NCBI GenBank assembly: GCA_027622665.1
Contig: JAQBYT010000001.1
Span: 128,001 to 192,000, forward strand
Direction: 5' to 3'
DNA from: Verrucomicrobiota bacterium
GTDB taxonomy: Bacteria > Verrucomicrobiota > Verrucomicrobiia > Opitutales > Seribacteraceae
DNA length: 64,000 nt
In this document: positions 22,799-32,728 of the stretch, one piece after another
How the letters are laid out: the number at the start of each line of letters is the position of its first letter
Position numbering within the stretch: the stretch's first letter is position 1
Notes under the pieces: model-generated
The model's database searches: none
Told to the model about the DNA's origin: nothing
Seen by the model: the letters and a program-made list of their open reading frames with translations, nothing else
Made by a program: the position numbers and the translations under genes

Positions 22799-24439
22799 TC
22801 AGTGCCGTTGCCTTGCTCGCCTTTCTTTTTCGAGGCTGGCGTGCTTGAGTGCTAATGATAGTGTCAGCGAAAGGAGTAGCAGGCAAGCGGGCGTCCGGGT
22901 CGGAAAATCGACGAAAGAGTAGATCGCAAAAAGTATGCACCCCACCAATGCCCAGTCAGGTGCAGTCGAGAACACACTTTTTCTATTTTGCCAAATCCCA
23001 AGTGTCGGCACCAGTAGAAGTAGGACAACTCCTACGACACCTATTTCGGCTAAGTATTGAAGCCAGTCGTTGTGACTGTGTTCAGTGAGAGGTTTTAGTT
23101 TACGATGAGCGGATGCCAGCCCATATTCTCTTTCTTTCTTATATTCCGCCGATTGATAGAGAGGATGAAGGGCTCGAAAGGAACCTAATCCATGGCCGAA
23201 TACAGGTTTGTCGAGAAACATTTCAAAAGTGTCTTTCCATAGATAATAGCGCATGGGCGGCGAACCTTTTTGATAATTCTCCCATTGCTGCAAGGTATTG
23301 CCGATCGCCTCTGATTTGGTTTCACGATCAAGATTAAACCCAAACCACACCAGAATTCCCAATGTTAGAGAACATGCAAACACTGTACCCCCGAATGCCG
23401 CGCATCTTTTAATGAAAGTATCAAAATATCTTGTCACGGACCATCCAAGGACTAATGCAAGAAGTATAAGAAAAATTATGAGTAAAAAAGTACCCGATCG
23501 CGAACCCGATAGGGGAATAGTAATTCCAAAAAAAAGTGCCGCGACCAAGCAAACGCCAGCCTTTGGTTCCCGCCAAGCCAGTATTCCTTTCCGGCTGATC
23601 TCTCGCCATGCCAAGCTTAATGCACCCCCCAGGCAGAGTAGGGCAAAAGCTGACCAATGATTCTTGTAGGTGAAACTGCTGAAGAAATATCTAGGTTCGG
23701 GCGCATCCCACAAACCCCATATTTCTTTTACCCTATCACCGGGCACGTAGGATAGTTTTTGAAAAGTCCCTGCTATCGCAAGAAGGGCACCGTTCAAAAC
23801 AATCATTAAAAGCAATTTCCGAATAAGCCGCCGGCTTTCCATGAATCGCCACAGAATGATCGCTTGAAGAGCAAGAATTGCTATAGGATAGCACCTTTTC
23901 CAAATTGAGGCATCGGCAGTCACGCAACTAGGAAGCCATGCCGTATAGGTCCTCTTGAGTTTGCTTTCGTAATCCTCGATAAATGGCTCAAAAGGAGAGT
24001 CGAAACGATCGAATTTATCCTGAAAGTCGCGGCGGAACCTGTAAAATAAAGCAATGGCTTGTCCTGAATCTACTACGGATCTCCTTTGCACGTCACGAAA
24101 CTCGTCTCCGACAAAGGGAACCAAGGCGGGAGCTCGAAGAGCCGCATCTTCGAATCGTTCCAAATCCAATGGGATTTGGCTTGGAGGATTGTGAGAAGGG
24201 TTGAGCATGCTTGCACCTGCAAGCGCCACGAAAAGGGCAAATGGAATCATCGGTTTCCACGGGAAAGCAAACGGCAGACTATCTCCCTTCCTCAGCAACA
24301 GTACTCCCAAAAGTCCACCCAAGACAGTTGCCGCGGTAAACCATTCTGCCCATGGCGACAAGTGACCTGCTTTCGCCCAGGAAATGACAACAACCAAAAC
24401 AGTCGTTTGCCCAAAAAGAAAAACTTCGTGTGTTCTCAA
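22799..24439 (-). CDS. O-antigen ligase / Wzy_C family membrane protein
   Basis: Multi-TM profile, FTYKNH, LSGSRSG, R..LWKDT...PVFGHGLGSF and HSHNDWLQYLAEIG. Confidence 0.88.
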   Translation of the reverse strand: MRTHEVFLFGQTTVLVVVISWAKAGHLSPWAEWFTAATVLGGLLGVLLLRKGDSLPFAFPWKPMIPFALFVALAGASMLNPSHNPPSQIPLDLERFEDAALRAPALVPFVGDEFRDVQRRSVVDSGQAIALFYRFRRDFQDKFDRFDSPFEPFIEDYESKLKRTYTAWLPSCVTADASIWKRCYPIAILALQAIILWRFMESRRLIRKLLLMIVLNGALLAIAGTFQKLSYVPGDRVKEIWGLWDAPEPRYFFSSFTYKNHWSAFALLCLGGALSLAWREISRKGILAWREPKAGVCLVAALFFGITIPLSGSRSGTFLLIIFLILLALVLGWSVTRYFDTFIKRCAAFGGTVFACSLTLGILVWFGFNLDRETKSEAIGNTLQQWENYQKGSPPMRYYLWKDTFEMFLDKPVFGHGLGSFRALHPLYQSAEYKKEREYGLASAHRKLKPLTEHSHNDWLQYLAEIGVVGVVLLLLVPTLGIWQNRKSVFSTAPDWALVGCILFAIYSFVDFPTRTPACLLLLSLTLSLALKHASLEKERRARQRH

Positions 24440-24576
24440 TCCACTAAGATTGGGTTCATGCGTACCTCATATTCGTCAAAGCCATCTAAATATTGAAAGG
24501 TTGGTCTGGGCAACCCTTCGATTTTAGAGTTGCCGTGCTACAATAGGTAGTCAAAATTCTAATTAAAGTTTATTTT

Positions 24577-25881
24577 ATGCCCATTCTTAATTCTCCCGTG
24601 AAAATTCCTGCCCGTTTTTTCGAAGTTAACAAAGAATTATTTCTTTGTTTGTTTTGTGTAAGCATTGTTCTTGCTAACAAGACGTTCGCTCTGACAGAGA
24701 ACGCTTTGGGTCGATTCGACCTGAGTGCGTCGCTCTCGGCGGAATACGATTCTCGCGTGTTTGGCATTTCTTCCCAATCGCTGCAGGCGGTTAGAGCATC
24801 TGGAACGCCTGGAGTCGCTGTCGATGAAATTGAAAGCGAAGACGACTTGATACTGAAATTTACTCCCACTATCCACTACACAAAGAAATTACGCTGGTTT
24901 ACTTTTAGTGGGTCGGCGGGCGTCCAAATTACCCAGTTTGTAAAGAACGACAAAAAAAGTTATGTTCAGCCGACCAGCACTTTCAATATCGACTTTGATG
25001 AATCCTTGAAGAAGCGGATTTCAAATAATGCAAAGATTCGCTTCGATATGAATTTCGACCTCGGTCAGAAGGTGGACACCAGTGTTCTGGAGCAGGATCT
25101 CGTGAGTTACTCTTACTTTCTGGTTGCCGCAAACGTAAGGTACAACCACAGTTCAAAGTTTGGTTTGGGAGCTGGAACCTCATACTCCTACCGGAATTAT
25201 CAAGATTGGGCAACTGGAGGACAAACGAATTCCGCCTACGGCGATCTTGCCACAATTCCAATCTACGCCAGAGCTTTTTATATTTATTCTGAAAAACTCG
25301 ATTTCTTCACTGAATACAACTTTTCGCGGTCTAAGGATATGTCTGGCGGCGGGGGATCCAGCCTAACTGATGGGGCTACTCACGGAGTGAGTTTTGGTGC
25401 TCAAGGTGAATTATCCCAGAAGCTATCGGGCGACGCCAACATCGGTTATGTTCGGCAAGTCTATGATAATGCCAGTGTTTCCGGACAAGGCACCCTTTCG
25501 CTTGGTTCAGGATTGCAATGGAGTTTAAACCGCAAGACTTCCATGGGTTTTGATTTGAACAGAGGGTTCTCACCTTCGGCTCAAGGTTATACGATGCTAA
25601 ATACTACAGGTCGACTTTCCTTAAACCATCGATTCACCGACGATGTTTCGGGAAGCGCGTACATATCCTATGGGACGACCGATTACACCTATGCATCAGG
25701 AGGTGCTGCCACTACACGCAGTTCGAATTCTCTCGACAACATTGGCTTTGGAACCAACGTGACTAAAACTCTCAGTAAGCATTTCACCACCAGTGGCGGG
25801 TACAGCTTTTCACATCTTGCCCGCGATTCCGAATCTTATGGACGGCACCTAGTACGAGTTGACCTGAACGGCCGATTTTGA
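24577..25881 (+). CDS. Outer-membrane beta-barrel protein of a polysaccharide export locus
   Basis: Signal-like N-terminus, alternating aromatic beta-strand pattern, C-terminal Phe (LNGRF); directly upstream of OPX and Wzc. Confidence 0.8.
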   Translation: MPILNSPVKIPARFFEVNKELFLCLFCVSIVLANKTFALTENALGRFDLSASLSAEYDSRVFGISSQSLQAVRASGTPGVAVDEIESEDDLILKFTPTIHYTKKLRWFTFSGSAGVQITQFVKNDKKSYVQPTSTFNIDFDESLKKRISNNAKIRFDMNFDLGQKVDTSVLEQDLVSYSYFLVAANVRYNHSSKFGLGAGTSYSYRNYQDWATGGQTNSAYGDLATIPIYARAFYIYSEKLDFFTEYNFSRSKDMSGGGGSSLTDGATHGVSFGAQGELSQKLSGDANIGYVRQVYDNASVSGQGTLSLGSGLQWSLNRKTSMGFDLNRGFSPSAQGYTMLNTTGRLSLNHRFTDDVSGSAYISYGTTDYTYASGGAATTRSSNSLDNIGFGTNVTKTLSKHFTTSGGYSFSHLARDSESYGRHLVRVDLNGRF

Positions 25882-25896
25882 GATAATAGCTTAGTT

Positions 25897-26532
25897 GTGA
25901 GAGTTGCCCTCTGCTTACCTTTGTGCTTGGTTTTGGTTTTAGCCGTCTCGCTATTATCTGCCCGCAACGACGATCCCTCCATTCTTCGTGATCCGACTGG
26001 ATACAAACTAAGATCTGGAGATCGCATTAAAGTATCGGTGCTCGGAGAAGTCGATTGTAATATCGAAGCAACGATCAACAATGATGAAAGCGTACGCTTG
26101 GCTTACATTGGAGAATTACTCTTGGCTAAAATGAACACGAAGCAAGCGGAAACATATATTGCCCAAGAGTATCGGAGACAATTGATCTTCAGGGACCCCC
26201 AAGTGTCCGTTACCATATCAAAGTATGTGGAACGTTTCGTTTTCCTTTCGGGTTCAGTCAACAAACAAGGTCCCTATACCTTTCCTCCTGAAGCCGAAGC
26301 GATGAACTTAGTTCAAGTTATTGCACGAGCAGGTGGATTCAACGATATAGCCAACAAGACAAAAGTAAGGGTTACCCGCACCTTTTACGATGAGTCGGGA
26401 AAAATCAAAAACTCCATGACTTACGAAGTTAATGTCGAAGCTCTCAGCAGCGGATCAGCTGAGGAGGGAGAGTACAAAACCTTCATGATTTATCCCGGTG
26501 ATCAGATTTTTGTAAAAGAACGTTTAGTGTAA
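25897..26532 (+). CDS. Polysaccharide export (OPX, Wza-like) protein, short form
   Basis: YKLRSGDRIKVSVLGE Poly_export motif, SLBB-like VFLSGSVNKQGPY...IARAGGF, ends IYPGDQIFVKERLV. Confidence 0.9.
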   Translation: MRVALCLPLCLVLVLAVSLLSARNDDPSILRDPTGYKLRSGDRIKVSVLGEVDCNIEATINNDESVRLAYIGELLLAKMNTKQAETYIAQEYRRQLIFRDPQVSVTISKYVERFVFLSGSVNKQGPYTFPPEAEAMNLVQVIARAGGFNDIANKTKVRVTRTFYDESGKIKNSMTYEVNVEALSSGSAEEGEYKTFMIYPGDQIFVKERLV

Positions 26533-26569
26533 TCTTCATTTCATCATCGCTCTTCCTTAATAGATTAAA

Positions 26570-28858
26570 ATGGACTCCTACCCCAACCCTGATCCGTCTC
26601 AGGAAATTGTACACTCAGCTTCTCGGGGTAGGTTCAGGGGTATCTTCGATTATGTTCTGATTATACGTGATCGTTGGTTGCTTTCCATGGCACTCTCACT
26701 TCCCATTGCTTTGGGTTTTGTTTACAAAGAATATCAACAGCCAAGTATCTACCAATCTTCCTCTTCTTTTCGTCTCGTCCCTCCGCCAGCCATTTTGAAC
26801 CTACAGCCCGTCGAACAAGCTAATCAATTGGTGGATCTGGTTCGCAAGCATACCGAAGGGCTTAACGGTCAAGAGTTGAGAGTTCGCGTTCTCGAACGCG
26901 TTAAAGACAACAGTTCTTACAAAAGCACTATGCTTGCACCATATGTCTATGATGATGAGCAGTTGCCGGATATCGCATCAACTGTAAGCTATTACGTTTC
27001 GGTAGGCGGTGAGGGAAGACCTGTCTTCACCATAACGGCAACTGGCCGCAGTTCTCAATCCGTACAACTCGTTGCAGATCTAGTTCAACAAGAATACGAA
27101 AAATCTCACACGCACGAAGCTGGCGCAGTAGTGGAAACTGCTCGCGAAATTCTTGAAAGTCTTTTGGCCACAAGTCAATCTCGGGAATCCCACATTCTTG
27201 GAGAAATGACCAAATACAAAGGAGAGAAAGAGCTGCCATTCGTTGAGGACGAAAGATTGGATAATGCGTCTCGAAAAAGTAGCTATCATTCGGAAATCAC
27301 TAAGGCTAAAGTGGAGAAAGTACGAATAAATTCACTCCTTCGTCAAATCATTCAAATACAGGCCAGTATTAGCTCTCGTGCCAAAAATGACGGGACTGCT
27401 CAAGATGTGAATGCAAACATTGATGCCATCAAGGATTACTTTAAAATTGATGCCATACAAAGTTTTGGAAATGTGCCTGCCCTCCAGACCAGACTTTTCG
27501 ATCTGGAACAAACACATAAGCTTTATGGACAAAAATACCTTTCGAATCATCCAAAGATGATCGAGAACGCACGGCAAGTACAGGATGTCGAAAGGATTCT
27601 GCAACTGGAGGTCAAAGCTTCGATTGAGGATCTGAAAGACACATATCATCAACTAGAAGCTCAAGAACAGGAGTTCGCTACCGCGATGGATAAAGTTCAG
27701 TCCGAGTCCGTTGAACTTAGTGAAATGGAAACCAACCTAGCGGTACTGGATCGAAAACTTCAAATTCAAAAAGGTTCTACGGATACGATTCAAAGACGCC
27801 TACAAGATGTTGTCATTCAAATAGCTCTTCCAATAGAGCAAGACGACCCTCTTCATAAAGGGAGCGTTGCTTACCCGGGCACCCAGATCAGTCCGAACTT
27901 ACCAGAAATTCACAAAATAGGATTTATTATATTTGGAGTGCTCTTTGTTCTGATCCCCTTCGGTTTTGAGTTTATAGATAATCGGATAAAATCCCCTTGG
28001 GATATAGAAGTTTTCCTTGGTCAGGATCTACTTGCCGGCATTCCAAAGATATCTGAAGTCAAAGAGAGCGATCGACCGCTTATTGTCGGCAACGAACTAG
28101 ACGATGGTCTCACCGAAGCCTTCCGGAGCATGTACAGTCGTATACAAATGCACTCCAAGACGGATTACCCAAAAACTATTTTAATCACTAGTGCGATACC
28201 AAGTGAAGGGAAGAGTCTACTTGCCGCTAATTTGGCTTACAGTTGCGCCAATCACGGGCGTAAAACAATCCTTATCGATTTTGATTTAAGACGACCCGGG
28301 CTTCATAAATTTTGTGGAGTAAGTAATGATAGAGGATTACTTACGCTGATAAATGAGACTGTAACAAATCCTACTCCAAATTATGACTTTTGGGATAGTG
28401 GAACACTTGTGGAAATTTATCCCAACCTTTTAATCTTGCCCTCTGGCGGAAAAACCCGCGCCGCTACGGAAATGCTAGAAAAGCCCGAGTTCGACAAGAT
28501 GCTCTTCAGCCTCAGGCAAAACGCAGAAATCATCATTATCGACAGTCCTCCCATTGGACTGTTTCCTGACTCACTTGCAATGGCCCGCAAGGTAGATGAG
28601 GTGATTTTTGTAACTCGTTATGGAAAGGTGGCGCGTAAAGTGGCAAAAAGTCTAATCGAGAGCCTGGAGGAAACAGGAGTAAATCTGTTAGGCGTTGTGC
28701 TCAATGATTTACCCGAAAAGAAGACCCCAGGCTACTACTATTCCGGATACTATGGATATGGTTACTTCCGATACAAGTACTACAACAAGTACTACAACAA
28801 GTACTACGGGAAACACGGTCCTGAGAAAGCTCAAGATAAAACCGCAAAGGTCAGTTAG
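26570..28858 (+). CDS. wzc: Polysaccharide co-polymerase / tyrosine autokinase (Wzc family)
   Basis: Two TM segments flanking a coiled-coil region, EAFRS, Walker A PSEGKS, IDFDLRRP, IIIDSPP and a C-terminal Tyr cluster. Confidence 0.93.
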   Translation: MDSYPNPDPSQEIVHSASRGRFRGIFDYVLIIRDRWLLSMALSLPIALGFVYKEYQQPSIYQSSSSFRLVPPPAILNLQPVEQANQLVDLVRKHTEGLNGQELRVRVLERVKDNSSYKSTMLAPYVYDDEQLPDIASTVSYYVSVGGEGRPVFTITATGRSSQSVQLVADLVQQEYEKSHTHEAGAVVETAREILESLLATSQSRESHILGEMTKYKGEKELPFVEDERLDNASRKSSYHSEITKAKVEKVRINSLLRQIIQIQASISSRAKNDGTAQDVNANIDAIKDYFKIDAIQSFGNVPALQTRLFDLEQTHKLYGQKYLSNHPKMIENARQVQDVERILQLEVKASIEDLKDTYHQLEAQEQEFATAMDKVQSESVELSEMETNLAVLDRKLQIQKGSTDTIQRRLQDVVIQIALPIEQDDPLHKGSVAYPGTQISPNLPEIHKIGFIIFGVLFVLIPFGFEFIDNRIKSPWDIEVFLGQDLLAGIPKISEVKESDRPLIVGNELDDGLTEAFRSMYSRIQMHSKTDYPKTILITSAIPSEGKSLLAANLAYSCANHGRKTILIDFDLRRPGLHKFCGVSNDRGLLTLINETVTNPTPNYDFWDSGTLVEIYPNLLILPSGGKTRAATEMLEKPEFDKMLFSLRQNAEIIIIDSPPIGLFPDSLAMARKVDEVIFVTRYGKVARKVAKSLIESLEETGVNLLGVVLNDLPEKKTPGYYYSGYYGYGYFRYKYYNKYYNKYYGKHGPEKAQDKTAKVS
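28773..28807 (+). repeat. Perfect 12-bp tandem repeat (ACAAGTACTACA, 2.9 copies) encoding KYYN units of the Wzc Tyr cluster
   Basis: Read directly: 28773-28784 and 28785-28796 are identical, and 28797-28807 is 11 bp of a third copy. Confidence 0.95.
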
Positions 28859-29158
28859 GTGCATTGAAATGAAACCTTATCCTAGCTAAGACTAACATTC
28901 TACTTCAAACGAATAGATGCGTAGAAAAAAACGCCGCGGGCTAAATGGTTTTGGAATATGCCGACGGAACATGTCCAAGTTAATTCCCATAAAAGGCGTT
29001 TTAAGTGCGATTCGATCGATCACAGACTTCCCAAGGGCATGGTTTGCTTAACTTTCTTAGCCACTTCCATTTAACGCAAATCTGAAAACTATTCGAAGTC
29101 GGCGTGACAAATTTCTCATTGCACATAAATCCTTAGGTACTTCTTGAAAGTGTAATTA

Positions 29159-29389
29159 ATGCGATATGCTTACAAAACTTGTGTAATTCATCCTAAAGGA
29201 CTCCGCGTGAGCGGAGATGATCAATCTGATAAACTTGCCGAAAGCCTTGAAAAAGAAAGCAATGAATTAGGAAAGAGAGGGTGGAAGTTAACAGCCGTGA
29301 CTCCTACCTTGATAAATGGAGGCTCGGTTTCAAAATTATTACTCACTTTCCGTAAGAAATCTCAGGATATTGCTACAGGCAAGGATTGA
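29159..29389 (+). CDS. Small hypothetical protein, DUF4177-like
   Basis: MRYAYKT...LEKESNELGKRGWKLTAV...LLTFRK resembles the DUF4177 pattern (LN.LG..GWELV). Confidence 0.7.
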   Translation: MRYAYKTCVIHPKGLRVSGDDQSDKLAESLEKESNELGKRGWKLTAVTPTLINGGSVSKLLLTFRKKSQDIATGKD

Positions 29390-29418
29390 AATTACTACTC
29401 ATTCGAGAAATCCATTGG

Positions 29419-29856
29419 TTAGTATTCGACTGTTCGCACTACGCCATTTGCAAGCGTAAGGGTAAATAGTTCTCTGTCTTGATCACAAATCTCGAATTCT
29501 TTGGAAGTTTGTCCAAAATGAGATGCGATCAAGTGCCCGACACGGTAGCGTCTCGTCTCCCACACTGATGCAGCACTTGGGATGCTTGCCAGTACTTCAA
29601 AACGGTACCCCATAACTTTGTTTAACTCGGAAATGGGGATGCCGGATTGAATGTGAACTAAAGCATCTCTCTCAATCCGCACCAAATTATTGCTGCTATT
29701 TCGGCTCTTTTCAATTTGGGCTTTCCGTATCGCTTCCTCTTGGGCTCGCCTTTGTTCGGCAAACTGATTGTCCGGATCCCATAAGTTATCGCGACATGCG
29801 GTTAAAACCATTGCCATAAAACCAGCTGTCCATAGAATATTAATTAGTCGTGGCAC
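29419..29856 (-). CDS. Hypothetical lipoprotein
   Basis: Hydrophobic signal with lipobox VLTA-C. Confidence 0.7.
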   Translation of the reverse strand: MPRLINILWTAGFMAMVLTACRDNLWDPDNQFAEQRRAQEEAIRKAQIEKSRNSSNNLVRIERDALVHIQSGIPISELNKVMGYRFEVLASIPSAASVWETRRYRVGHLIASHFGQTSKEFEICDQDRELFTLTLANGVVRTVEY

Positions 29857-29983
29857 TTAATTTAATTTTGCTAGTTTCACTAAAAAGGCAAATGTAATTA
29901 GCGACCTGCCGAACACTGAAATCCGGTATAAAACCTGCTGTAACATTGATCGCAACTTCACCTTCCACTAATATCAAGTTCTC

Positions 29984-30535
29984 GTGGATTTTAATTCCGC
30001 ACAAAACTCTTACCCTTATGCCCTGGAAAGGCAGGCCTCACTATTGGCTGCTTCCTTGCGGTTTCCTGAACCTTCGTCTGGCAGGTGGTTGTTAAGGCTT
30101 GTCAGGTTGCCCGTTAAAGGTCGGGAAACAATTATTGATTTGGAAAACCAGAACAACCGTTGCGTTGTAACTGTTACTCGCTTTTTGAAACCTCTTCGGC
30201 AATTATGGGAGGCACTAGATCGACCCAGTGAGATCCCCCGCACAACTATCCCTCTAGAAATATCCATGGCAACACTCGACAGCAATGATGCGCTCTTCCG
30301 AGAAACGGAAAGAGGCACAGTGCTTGACTGTATTAATGCACCGATAGACGATTCTGCCCTGGACCACTACCTTATTTTTTTTACAGACACCATCGATTGC
30401 AAGATTGCCGCGATTACCGACCCTTACAAAATGCGTAAAGCTGAAGCCTGGCATCGCATAATAAATCGCTCATACGGAGCCGAACTGGTTCCGCCGCGGC
30501 GATGTTTTGTGGAAGAAACTGTTTCCGTTTCATGA
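29984..30535 (+). CDS. Hypothetical protein
   Basis: 183-aa ORF whose stop overlaps the pssA start (ATGA); no family recognised. Confidence 0.6.
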   Translation: MDFNSAQNSYPYALERQASLLAASLRFPEPSSGRWLLRLVRLPVKGRETIIDLENQNNRCVVTVTRFLKPLRQLWEALDRPSEIPRTTIPLEISMATLDSNDALFRETERGTVLDCINAPIDDSALDHYLIFFTDTIDCKIAAITDPYKMRKAEAWHRIINRSYGAELVPPRRCFVEETVSVS

Positions 30536-31326
30536 ATCAAATCGATCCGGTTGAACACGGTAGGGTTCTTACCCTGCCGAAACTGTTGCCTAACATCTTC
30601 ACTACAATAGGCCTATGCGTCGGTCTCACGGGAATGCGTTTCGCGATGGAAGGCGAGTGGGAAAAAGCGGTCTTCTCCATACTCGTTGCGGCCGCTTTTG
30701 ATACCGTGGACGGTCTGTCCGCTCGATTACTCAAAGCCCATTCTCGTTTTGGGGCAGAACTGGATAGCTTGGCTGACACAATAAGTTTTGGTGTTGCTCC
30801 CGCGGTAGTAATATATCTCTGGATTCGAGCGCCATTGATCGGTAGCAATTCGGAACACCTACTCGAGTGGTTTTGGATTCCGATACTCGCATTTTCGACC
30901 TGCAATGCCTTGCGCTTGGCTCGTTTCAACGTCATGCACGAAGAAGGCAAACCGAGAGACAATACTTATTTCACAGGGGCTCCGGCTCCGGCCGCTGCAG
31001 GAATGGCAATGATGCCGATGGGTATGGAATTCATTCTCAAGCGTTTTCAATCTGGTTTCATTGTTGCCGAATACCCTCTTTGGGTTCTCGGTTGGGTTGT
31101 GGCGATATCTCTACTCATGATTAGCCGAGTCCCCACCTTTTCATTCCGAAACGTTCGTTTTCGGGTTGCTCGAAATCGAGCTATCCTCGTGCTTTTGGCG
31201 GTGGGATTAAGCGTTGCTGTGTTTTCGGAGGAACCTTGGATATTCCTTTTTTCGCTTGGAGCCCTGTATCTATCAAGCTTGCCGTTCAGCATAATTGCCT
31301 ACCGTAAAGACAATCCAAGGAAATAA
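30532..31326 (+). CDS. pssA: CDP-alcohol phosphatidyltransferase (CDP-diacylglycerol--serine O-phosphatidyltransferase type)
   Basis: LPNIFT, DTVDGLSARL...FGAELDSLADTISFGVAP, ALRLARFN and FTGAPAPAA; ATG at 30532. Confidence 0.88.
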   Translation: MNQIDPVEHGRVLTLPKLLPNIFTTIGLCVGLTGMRFAMEGEWEKAVFSILVAAAFDTVDGLSARLLKAHSRFGAELDSLADTISFGVAPAVVIYLWIRAPLIGSNSEHLLEWFWIPILAFSTCNALRLARFNVMHEEGKPRDNTYFTGAPAPAAAGMAMMPMGMEFILKRFQSGFIVAEYPLWVLGWVVAISLLMISRVPTFSFRNVRFRVARNRAILVLLAVGLSVAVFSEEPWIFLFSLGALYLSSLPFSIIAYRKDNPRK

Positions 31327-31330
31327 TATC

Positions 31331-32710
31331 CTAAGACTCGTTTTCGGACTTTGATGCGGCAATTTGTGCAAGATAAGCGTTCGCTTTGGCATTGGAAGGT
31401 TCAATGTCGGTAACAATAAGAAAGTGCATCTCTGCTTTATTGAGGTCTCCTCCCGTAAGAGCAATTTCTCCTAATCGAAAATGGGCGGGGGGATGAGCCC
31501 ATTCAGCTTGAACGACAGCTTCGTAGTGTCCGGTGGCTTCGTTTGCTCGATCACTGTCGTCGAGAAGAACGGCTAGTTCATAACGGGCTGGAGCGAATGC
31601 CGGCGATGCGGCAACCGCCTTGTCAAGAAACTGAATTGCTTTTCCATTGCGCCCCTCCAACGCTTCAATCTTGGCCAAATGACATAATACGGGGGACTGG
31701 GAACGCCGAGCATTATCTGCCTTTTCCAAACAACGTCGCGCTCTAATGAAATTTGCGTTGTCGGCAGCAATGTCCGAGTCTTCCTTGAATTGCTTCTCAT
31801 CTTTCTGGAATGTGCTCAGAGCCTCTATTAAGTCTTTCTTTGCTGCATCTGTCTTACCTTGCTCGATAAACACCTCTGCTCTTTCCAGAAGAGACTGTCC
31901 CTTAACTTCGGGTTCTTGAATGGCGAGAGTTAGAAATCTTTCAACCTGAACATGATCGCTCTCTCCAAGTGCAAATCTCGCCAGGCAAAGGTGAGCATCT
32001 CCGGCAATACCTTTCACTTTTGCGGCTTTTTTATAGCAATCAATTGCGGCTCTGATATTTCCTTCGCTTTCGAATATGACGCCCAATCTCAAATTAGCTG
32101 GACCATGACTTGGGCTTAAACGCAATGTTTGTTCATAGCGTTGCTTTGCAGAAGTATAATCAGATTCTCTAAATATATTCCCTTCGCGATCAGATTTTTC
32201 ACCCTTGTCGAGTAATTGGGCAAGATGAAAGCAAGGGCGAGGGTCCTCGGGTAAGAGATCGATCGATATTTCGAGCAAAAGCTTGGCTCTGTCGAAATCG
32301 TCAGGGTGTTCCAGAAAAGTTGCGAGCCGAAAATGGGCTTCACCATTAAGGTGGTCTAGGCTAATGACCTTTTCAAGTTGATCAGCCGCACCCTTTATTT
32401 GCCCCTTTACCGCAAGAAGCTCTGCCAGTCGAAAACGAGACGCTGAATCAGCGAGATCTCCGGAGGTTGCTTCCAAAAGATGCTTGATTGCCTGCTCTTC
32501 CTGTCCTTCATCAATTAATATTTCCGCTAGAGCAAAGTGGGCGGCAGGAACCTCCGTCTCCCCCGCAATCGCTTTTGAAAGGATGTCCTTGGCTTCATCC
32601 AAGAGATTTTCTTGCCGGTAGAGATCAGCTAGCGCAAGACGAGCAGCAAGATGGTTGGAGTCAAGGGCGATGGCCTTTTCCAGGTGGCCAAGAGCATCGG
32701 GATGAATCAC
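31331..32710 (-). CDS. Tetratricopeptide repeat protein
   Basis: Repeated 34-aa units such as AHFRLATFL...A...LE..I.L.P. Confidence 0.9.
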   Translation of the reverse strand: MIHPDALGHLEKAIALDSNHLAARLALADLYRQENLLDEAKDILSKAIAGETEVPAAHFALAEILIDEGQEEQAIKHLLEATSGDLADSASRFRLAELLAVKGQIKGAADQLEKVISLDHLNGEAHFRLATFLEHPDDFDRAKLLLEISIDLLPEDPRPCFHLAQLLDKGEKSDREGNIFRESDYTSAKQRYEQTLRLSPSHGPANLRLGVIFESEGNIRAAIDCYKKAAKVKGIAGDAHLCLARFALGESDHVQVERFLTLAIQEPEVKGQSLLERAEVFIEQGKTDAAKKDLIEALSTFQKDEKQFKEDSDIAADNANFIRARRCLEKADNARRSQSPVLCHLAKIEALEGRNGKAIQFLDKAVAASPAFAPARYELAVLLDDSDRANEATGHYEAVVQAEWAHPPAHFRLGEIALTGGDLNKAEMHFLIVTDIEPSNAKANAYLAQIAASKSENES

Positions 32711-32728
32711 GATCCAACTCCAGTTACA

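Noticed and set aside
29103..29118. CGTGA-N6-TCTCA, a CRP-like site upstream of the DUF4177-like gene
   Set aside because: An 8/10 match is expected by chance in 64 kb, and no suitably spaced promoter was evident.
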